Part shown: positions 57,205-64,000 of the stretch, in pieces
Layout of the letters: each line of letters begins with the position of its first letter
Numbering within the stretch: the first letter of the stretch is position 1
From: Pelagomonas calceolata
Lineage: Eukaryota
Direction: 5' to 3'
NCBI GenBank assembly: GCA_918797485.1
Contig: CAKKNE010000004.1
Coordinates: 2,976,001 to 3,040,000, forward strand
DNA: 64,000 bases
Position numbers and translations under genes: made by a program
The notes under the pieces: model-generated
Told to the model about the DNA's origin: nothing
Seen by the model: the letters and a program-made list of their open reading frames with translations, nothing else
The model's database searches: none

Positions 57205-59316
57205 TCATCGGGGCACGAGGAGGAGGACCGCGACGGCCGTCCCGATCGAGGCAAAGACGGCCGCGCCCGCGCCGATCGCCGCGAGGACGTAGAGCGTCCT
57301 CCTATCTAACTGGACGGTCAGCGTCTCCGCCGTCGTGGCAGAGGTAACCTCATCAAGAGGATCGAGCCGGCGCGCGGCGGCGGACGCGGGGCTCGTCGGC
57401 TGCGAGCCGTCCTCGTCGAAGGACCGCCGGTCCAGCGACGACCGCCCGTCCAGCGACGGCCGCCGGCCGTCCATCATGGAAAGCATGTGCCGCAGGCGCG
57501 GCCGGCCGCCTCTCTCCAACCCCTCCAGTTCCTCCGTCGTCAGCGCGTAGGGGTCCTCGGCCGGCGGCAGGCCCGCCTCCTCTAATCTATCAAAAAATTT
57601 GTCGATGAAGGGCGCGTAGTAGACGTCCGAGTGCTCGACGATTTTTATTTGAAACACCTGCTGCACGCGCGCCGGCAGCTTCTTCAGGACGTCCGGCCCC
57701 GGGAACGTGAGCGATAGGCTGCCCGTGTTCGGGTCGCGCCATCGCGAGCCTTCTTTCTTTACGACCACCACAGGCACGCCGCTATCGACCGCCGCCGTGA
57801 GCTCGGCGACGCACCACGGGCTATCCAATACATTCTCGGACAGGATGAAGGCGAAGACGCTCGAGGACGCCACGTACTCCTGGAGCGTGTCCAGGGACCC
57901 GTCGAACTCCATATCCAGAAAAGCCTTGTACCGCCGTAATGTAAGCATCGTGTGCAGCGCGCGCGCAAAGTCCTTGGCGTCCGTCTGTTTGTGCGAAAGG
58001 AAGACGTCGTAGCGCTTCGAGGAGTGCGACTTGATCGGCGAGTTCGATCGTATCAAGCCGAGGGCGAGGTGGTGCTCGGCGCCCCGCACCGCTTCTCGCA
58101 ACCGGCCGTCCGTCTCTCCCTTAAGTTTCTCGAGCGCCGCGACGGCGCCCGCCGTGCGTAGGATCGACGCCGTGTTGTCGCCGACGCACGCGAGCTGGAG
58201 GACCGACTCCGCGCAGTCCCCCAAGCATAACAACCGGTACGCCTCCGGCGACTCGCCACCAGGCCCGCCCGTGCGCCATCCGTCCCGCAGGAGGCACCGC
58301 ACCAGCGCCGGCGCCGCCGCTTTCGCAAAGGCTTCCGCCCTTTCTCCCGCGGACGCTCTTCCACTGAGAGCACGCGCGGCCAGCGTGAAATCTCGCAGCC
58401 GCATCGCCCGCCCCGCCTTGTCGTCGTCGAGCTTCTTGTTCAAATGCTCGCAGACGGCTTGGGTCGCCCAGGTTTCCGCCTCTTCGCCCCCGGACTTCGG
58501 CGGAAGCAGCGCTAATGCGGCGGCGGCGGCCACCGCGCCGTCGTCGTCGTGCAACCCGCGCGGGCCCGACGGCCCGTCCCGCAGGTGGTCGTCGACTGCG
58601 GCCGCCAGCGCCTCCGGCGCACCGGCCTCGCCAAGGGCGCGCCAGTTCGCTGGCGACGTCGCGAGGCGATACGTGGCAAATGCAGCACGTAAACGCGCCA
58701 TCTGGGTCGCTTTTGAGTCACGAAGCAGCCTGACCAGGGGCTCCGCGCCGCCCGCCAGGACGACGGCCTCCTGGTTCTTCGCGTCGCCCTGGCAGAGGGC
58801 GTCCAGGCCCTGGGCCGCGCGCTCGCGGAGCGCCTCGCCCTCGTAATTGCGGAGCGAGCTGGCGGCCAGCGGCGAGGCCGCGCGCTGCCGCCGCAGCAAA
58901 TTGACGAGCGCCGCCAGGCCGCGGCCCTCGCGGATCGCCGTCTTGTTCGCCGCGGAATCCACGGCGAGGTTCGCCAGGGCCCAGGCGGCACGCATCGCCG
59001 CCTCCACTGACCCAGTCTCGGCCATGGCCACGAGCGGCGCGATGCCCCCTTTCTTCGCGAGCGCGCCGCGGAACGCCGGCGCGCGCTTGGCCGCCGCCTT
59101 GACGCACTTCGCGGCCGCGACGCGAATGGCCTCGTCGCCCGCCTCGAGGCCGCGCAAGCACACGTCAACGCAGCGCGCGTCCGCCGCGAACTGGACCGAC
59201 GCCTCCTTCGTGGCCTCGACGCTGTTCGCGAGCATACCGTAGGCCATGCGGCGGGCCTCGCCGTGGGCCGCCGACGCAGCGTCCGCGACGAGGGCCGCGA
59301 GTGCTGTTGTGGACAT
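57205..59316 (-). CDS. Armadillo-repeat + TIR-domain protein with C-terminal TM anchor
   Basis: ARM repeats (GGIAPLV..AAWALANLA, GGAEPLVRLL); TIR YDVFLSHKQ..AFLD..S..F.FILS..SPWCVAEL; hydrophobic C-terminus. Confidence 0.85.
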   Translation of the reverse strand: MSTTALAALVADAASAAHGEARRMAYGMLANSVEATKEASVQFAADARCVDVCLRGLEAGDEAIRVAAAKCVKAAAKRAPAFRGALAKKGGIAPLVAMAETGSVEAAMRAAWALANLAVDSAANKTAIREGRGLAALVNLLRRQRAASPLAASSLRNYEGEALRERAAQGLDALCQGDAKNQEAVVLAGGAEPLVRLLRDSKATQMARLRAAFATYRLATSPANWRALGEAGAPEALAAAVDDHLRDGPSGPRGLHDDDGAVAAAAALALLPPKSGGEEAETWATQAVCEHLNKKLDDDKAGRAMRLRDFTLAARALSGRASAGERAEAFAKAAAPALVRCLLRDGWRTGGPGGESPEAYRLLCLGDCAESVLQLACVGDNTASILRTAGAVAALEKLKGETDGRLREAVRGAEHHLALGLIRSNSPIKSHSSKRYDVFLSHKQTDAKDFARALHTMLTLRRYKAFLDMEFDGSLDTLQEYVASSSVFAFILSENVLDSPWCVAELTAAVDSGVPVVVVKKEGSRWRDPNTGSLSLTFPGPDVLKKLPARVQQVFQIKIVEHSDVYYAPFIDKFFDRLEEAGLPPAEDPYALTTEELEGLERGGRPRLRHMLSMMDGRRPSLDGRSSLDRRSFDEDGSQPTSPASAAARRLDPLDEVTSATTAETLTVQLDRRTLYVLAAIGAGAAVFASIGTAVAVLLLVPR

Positions 59317-59502
59317 GTTTTTGTTTCTATGGGGCAGCGCCGCTTTACGAGGGGCAGCGATGGACGCTTATTTATGTTGCGTGAGGTTCCATGCGTGGGC
59401 GACACGCCGCGCACGGCACTCCCTGCGCACTCCTTTTAACATGCTCTCTCACGGCTAGCCGGCTCAAAGCTGGGAGGTGCGGGTCGCATCACAGGCAAAG
59501 AG

Positions 59503-60907
59503 TTAATCCAGGAAGAACCTATCCCCTGGTGGCGCCCGCTGGAGGCTTTCCACGCGCTCGACGACCGTCGCCGCCCGCGCAATTTCACCAGTGCGCGCCA
59601 CGAACGCGTCGAAGGCCGCGCCGCCGTTGAAACACGGCCCGGGGTCCTCAGGCGCTGTCGGGTCGCAGAACCGCTCGTAGAAGCTGTCGACGAACTCGAG
59701 CATCGACGCGATGTAGGCCTCGTCGCGCTCGACGCGCATGAAAACAGCGCCGCGCGTCGCTGAGGTCGAAACGAGGATAGCCCCACGCGCCCCGGCGCAG
59801 TAGATCTCGAGCATGACCTGGGGCACCTGTGCACAAATCAACCAGTGAATGGACCCAGACATGATTCAGCAGTGGCAGAGACGTGCCGCGACCACATTTG
59901 ATTTATGCACGGTGGGGCACGATCCAGGGCGCCAGGTTGTCGTGGGGCCCGCGGTCGTAGAGCTCCATCGTCTTGTTGCCCGAGCCGCGCACGAAGGGCG
60001 CAACGGACTTGATCTCCAGGACGTCGAGGGCGCCGTCGTCATATATTATAAGGCCGTCGGGGCTCGCGCCGACGGGGCATTTACGCGGAGCCGGCCTTAT
60101 TGTGCGCGGTTTGACCGGCCAGCGCTCCGCGAGGCGGTCGACGGCGCCGGGCGCTTCCGCGCAGAGCAAGCCGGTCTCGGCGACCGACCCCTCAAGGGCA
60201 TTGACGGCGGCGAGCATGCCGATGCCCTCCTGCGTCTTGCCCCAGGCCAGCCGCGCCGCCATGGCGTCGCCGCAGCGGCGCCCGCCCCTATCCGGCGATC
60301 CGGCCCAGTCGTAGGCGTAGGCCGAGTCGGCATCGGCGCACCACTCGCCGGCGTCCTCGTCGTCGTCGTAGTCGCCGTCGCGGAAGACCTCTGCTAGGAG
60401 ACTAGCATCCGGTCGCTCGCGGAGGTGCGACGCCGCTCTAAGCGCTCTGCCGTGGCCGGCCAGGCTCTTGGGGATGCGCAGCGTGTTTGCCGCATCGCTC
60501 TCCAGGAGGCCGCACACGGCGGCGACGCGCGAGCCCGTGAGGCGCCCCGCGTGGAGCGCGTCCCAGCGCCACGCGTCCTGGCGGAACAGCGCCGCGCGGC
60601 CGAGGTCCGCGCCGCCTTCGCCGCAGACGTCGCGCGCCGGGGGCAGGCCGAGATAGAGGGGGTGAGAGCGCAGGGCGCGCGCCGGGATCGCCCGCCAGTG
60701 GACGTTCGCGACGTTGCCGCGCGGCCGCGCGCCGCGCTTCTTCTTCTGGGCCGGTTTTCTTTTCTTGCGTCGGTTCTTCGGGGCCGGTTTTGTGGAAGAC
60801 GGCATCGATGCGAGTCGCTCGCCGCGCCGCAGTGCGCCGAGCTGCACCGAGGGCGGCACGAGCGCGAGCGCCGCCATAATCACACAGGACACGAGCACGC
60901 GCCGCAT
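59503..60907 (-). CDS. YqaJ/lambda-exonuclease-like PD-(D/E)xK nuclease, 2 exons (60907-59921, 59826-59503)
   Basis: RLTGS, LAWGKTQE, VGASPDGLI, VLEIKS; after splicing, WIVPQVMLEIYC. Confidence 0.78.
59827..59912 (-). mobile_element. Introner element (forms GT-AG intron 59920-59827)
   Basis: Ends CTGTGCACAAATCAA and TTGATTTATGCACGG; perfect 8-bp TSD TGGGGCAC at 59819-26 and 59913-20. Confidence 0.92.
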
Positions 60908-61093
60908 CTAGTAGTTGGGCGAGTCGGAGCGCAGCCCGATGCGGCCTTCGCGCGCGGCCTTGCGGTCGTCCTGCTTGCTCTCCGGTGCGCCCGCCTCTTC
61001 CTTGGCCGCCTTCTTTTGCTGGGCTTGGAAGCGGTCGAACTCTTCCAGGTCCTCGGACTTCATCTCGATGCGCGTGGGCTCGCGGCGGAGCAT
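60908..61093 (-). CDS. CDC26: Anaphase-promoting complex subunit CDC26
   Basis: MLRREPTRIEMKSEDLEEF matches the CDC26 N-terminal signature; RIG near the C-terminus; 61 aa. Confidence 0.8.
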   Translation of the reverse strand: MLRREPTRIEMKSEDLEEFDRFQAQQKKAAKEEAGAPESKQDDRKAAREGRIGLRSDSPNY

Positions 61094-61215
61094 CGCTGTG
61101 AGTAGTGAAACGGCTGGTGCTGCGAAGCGTTTGGACTGTGGTGGTCTGCTCCTTGCCGCTGAGGATGCGTGCACCCGTACAGCGCCTTTTTTTGGCTTTT
61201 GCCGCGCGGTCGAGA

Positions 61216-61239
61216 GCTAGCGGTATGTAACACACTAGC
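61216..61239 (+). promoter_or_regulatory. CTAG box copy
   Basis: GCTAGCGGTATGTAACACACTAGC. Confidence 0.7.
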
Positions 61240-61384
61240 AAGAGGGACCCCGCGACGTAACTAGCCTGAGCCTGAGCCTGAGGCCGAAGCCTGCGCGGTA
61301 TGTAGTCAGTATAATTCGCCAATTTCTTCTTACATTTTCAGGCGTGAGCGGGACGAAGCGACAGGGGGGAACAGCAGGGACTCC

Positions 61385-62110
61385 TCAGCGCGGAGTCAGG
61401 ACGAGGACCTGGAGGTCGTGGTGGTAGTAGTCGGGGTGGAACGAGTCCTCGCGCAGCTCCTCGACCGTGAAATGGGCCGAGGCCGCCTCGAGGAAGCGCG
61501 CCACGCCGTCGCGGCGCCGCTGCGTCGCGACGACGACGAGGCGCGCCTCCGCCGCGACGGCCGCGAGCACCCTAGCCACGTCCTCGGCCCACTGGACGCA
61601 GACGAGGACGTCGCTCGCGACGACGACGGGGAAGGCGCCCATTGTTGTGTGGTCCGCGTCGCGCCAGTCGAGCGCGGCGACCGTCGGCGTCCGGGGCACG
61701 GAACCCGCGTTCGCGTCGATGGTCTTGCGGAGGTGCGGCACGACCGGCGCGGCGTCCGTCGTCGTCACGTCGGCGCCCAGCGCCGCCAGCGCGAGGGCCA
61801 GGAGCCCGCTGCCGCCGCCGAGCTCCAGCACGCGCTCGCTGGCGCGGATGGCGAGGGGGGACGCTGTTTTATTGGTGTTGTATTCGAACATGCGCGCCAG
61901 CGCGACGGCGCAGTCCCAGACCTTTGTGCCCGTCGAGGCCGCCGTCTCGGCGATCTCCAGCGTCTTGGCGGCGCCGGGCAGCGCGTAGCTGAAGGCGCCG
62001 TCGTAGCGGCCCGCGTCGCCCTGGATCTCGCGGCGCCAGTGCGGCGGCGTCACGGGGGCGATCTGGGCCGATCGCTTCGCCGCTATGCAGCGCTCGAGGA
62101 CGGCGCTCAT
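61385..62110 (-). CDS. METTL21-like (family 16) protein methyltransferase
   Basis: TGTKVWDCA, VLELGGGSGL, TTD, LDW, VVASDV. Confidence 0.85.
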   Translation of the reverse strand: MSAVLERCIAAKRSAQIAPVTPPHWRREIQGDAGRYDGAFSYALPGAAKTLEIAETAASTGTKVWDCAVALARMFEYNTNKTASPLAIRASERVLELGGGSGLLALALAALGADVTTTDAAPVVPHLRKTIDANAGSVPRTPTVAALDWRDADHTTMGAFPVVVASDVLVCVQWAEDVARVLAAVAAEARLVVVATQRRRDGVARFLEAASAHFTVEELREDSFHPDYYHHDLQVLVLTPR

Positions 62111-62626
62111 GATGATGGCATTTCTTTAATTTGGTCGTCCGCGGTGGTGGTGAGCCCAGCTGCAGCAGAGGGTAATGGTGATGCTGGCTTCTGCCGCGAG
62201 TCCTGGCCACCGCTTGCGGGAGCAATGGGTGCAGGTGATAGGCGGGCTGGCAAGCGCTTGCGGCCGACTAAAAAGCACGTATGGCGGGCCCAGGAGCGCC
62301 GCGGAGCAGTCTCCAGTCTGCCAAATCTGGCCGCCGCAGCGGTGGCCGCACGGGTAGCGGGATCTGTTCTACCGCCGCAGCACTTGCTCTTGGACTCCTC
62401 GACGGCTTCTTGCGCGGTTTGAGCGACCTCTGTTTTGCGCCTCAGGTTTTGTGTGCTTCAGGCATGCATGTGCCATTTTGCCTCATTAATGCTCCGAGAT
62501 TCGAAAAATACGCTCACACGTTGTGATTTACAGCTACGAAACGGGACGAGAGCTGTGAGCGTCTCTGCGCAGCGCCAGCAGCCGTGCATTCCCTACACTG
62601 CAGCCTCTGCACAGCAAGCAGTCGCG

Positions 62627-63880
62627 ATGCAATCGCGTCGACGCGGCGCTGTGGTCGTCGCATCGCTGCTCACAAGAGCGCAAGCCCTCGACGTGGTGCT
62701 GAGCGAGCGCCGAGGCAGCGGAGCAGCGAGGAAATGGCGGGTCAGCGACCGCATCACGCCACTCACGAATCAACGACCATCGCTCCGCTCTTTGAAGGCC
62801 GCGGCGAGGGATGCATTGGTGCCCTCGACGACGGTCGCGCCGGAGTACACGCGCTACCAAGCGTGGCACGTCGCACAAGATCTGTCCACGCAGCTGCGAA
62901 GCACGCTGGCGACGTCCGCTGTTTTTCAGGGGCTGGGCATGGGCTCCGGGAACGCCGCCACCGCGCTGGCCGCCACCGTCGCGTGGCTCTCGCGCGACGC
63001 GTCGGGCATGGTCGCGAGTCTAGCGGCGACCGCTCGGTTAGCCCCCCGCTTAGATGGAGACTGCCGGCGGTGGCGGTTCCTGGGCGACGTGTGCGTCGAC
63101 GCTGCTTTAGTTATTGAGCTCGCGACGCCGCACGCGCCACGATCAATGTTCGTGCCGATGCTCTGCGCCGCGTCGGTGCTCAAGGCGCTCTGCGGCGTGC
63201 TGGCGGGCGGCGCCAACGCGGCGGTCAGCGCGCACTGGGCGGCGTCGAGCGCGGATTTTGCGGAAGTGCAGGCTAAAGGTGCAGCTGTGGGCACTCTCTC
63301 GGGGCTCCTCGGCCTGGGCCTGAGCCTGGCGGGCGCGGGGCTCGCCAGTCGGGGCAACCTTGGTGGCGTGAAGACGGCATGGGCGGCATTCGGCGCGTTG
63401 ACGGCGCTGCACGTCGTCTGCTGCGCCGCGGGGCTCAAGATCCTCCGCTTGCGACGCCTCGGCTGCGCGCGGCGCTTCTACCTCGCCGTCGACGCCGTAG
63501 AAACGACCGGGCGGGCGCCCACGCCGGCGGAGCTGGCGGCCCGCGACCGCGTCATCGGCGCCCCCGACGGCTTTCGGGCCGCCGGCGCGTCGGTGTTGCT
63601 GCGGCGCGTCCGCGACCGGCCCGCGCTGCTCGCCGAGCTCCTGCGCGAGGCGCGCGGCCGCTACGTGTGCCTGCCGGGACGGGTCGTCGGCTTGCTCGCC
63701 GGCGCGACGCCGCGCGACGAGCGGGCCGCGTTGTTACATGCGCGACGAGGCGTGGCGCCCGACGAGGCTTCCCTCGACGCCATCGACGACGCGCTCCGGA
63801 AGGCCGGGTTCGATCTCGACGCGCGATTGTTTCCCGCGGGCGGGCCGGTGCTTGAAGTCGTCGATGAGGGCGTGAGTTGA
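62627..63880 (+). CDS. RUS1 / DUF647 family protein
   Basis: VAPEYTRYQAW..QD, LAT.A..GLGMG, W..RD..GM, D..RRWRF..D, A.VSAHWA, FAEVQAK. Confidence 0.85.
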   Translation: MQSRRRGAVVVASLLTRAQALDVVLSERRGSGAARKWRVSDRITPLTNQRPSLRSLKAAARDALVPSTTVAPEYTRYQAWHVAQDLSTQLRSTLATSAVFQGLGMGSGNAATALAATVAWLSRDASGMVASLAATARLAPRLDGDCRRWRFLGDVCVDAALVIELATPHAPRSMFVPMLCAASVLKALCGVLAGGANAAVSAHWAASSADFAEVQAKGAAVGTLSGLLGLGLSLAGAGLASRGNLGGVKTAWAAFGALTALHVVCCAAGLKILRLRRLGCARRFYLAVDAVETTGRAPTPAELAARDRVIGAPDGFRAAGASVLLRRVRDRPALLAELLREARGRYVCLPGRVVGLLAGATPRDERAALLHARRGVAPDEASLDAIDDALRKAGFDLDARLFPAGGPVLEVVDEGVS

Positions 63881-63924
63881 CGAGAATGTATAGTTACGGT
63901 GCTAGGACGAGTAATTTTAAGTTT

Positions 63925-63947
63925 GCTAGTGTCTTACAAGCGCTAGC
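63925..63947 (-). promoter_or_regulatory. CTAG box copy
   Basis: Reverse strand GCTAGCGCTTGTAAGACACTAGC. Confidence 0.7.
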
Positions 63948-64000
63948 TCGATTATTTTTGCCTGCGTGTCTCTCCAATCCTTGCTCCGTGTGCTGTCGTA

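Overview
GC-rich, very gene-dense eukaryotic nuclear DNA. It is most likely from a pelagophyte stramenopile (Pelagomonas/Aureococcus-like), inferred from signal peptide + 'AF(AP)' plastid-targeting motifs, few short introns, Introner-type introns and an 'RRVLG' TPR-like family fragment. About 28 protein-coding genes are present: housekeeping genes (gamma-tubulin, EMC7, CstF-64, CDC26, PDK/BCKDK, Trm1-like, DnaJ, MDP-1, Arc1p-like, PP5-like), a Cys-loop ligand-gated ion channel, an ARM-TIR-TM protein, a YqaJ-like nuclease, and a two-exon giant fibrocystin-L-like surface protein of about 7,375 aa (28166-50474). Non-coding structure is pronounced. (1) Two introns are members of one TIR/8-bp-TSD Introner family, and five more introns look like decayed relatives. 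(2) A CTAG-N12-15-CTAG box occurs 15 times, only in intergenic DNA. (3) A strand-oriented GTTACG element lies just downstream of seven stop codons. (4) A CGCGTCGATGGCGT motif recurs in introns and 3' flanks. No rRNA, tRNA or CRISPR array was recognised. All calls come from reading the sequence by eye; no searches were run.
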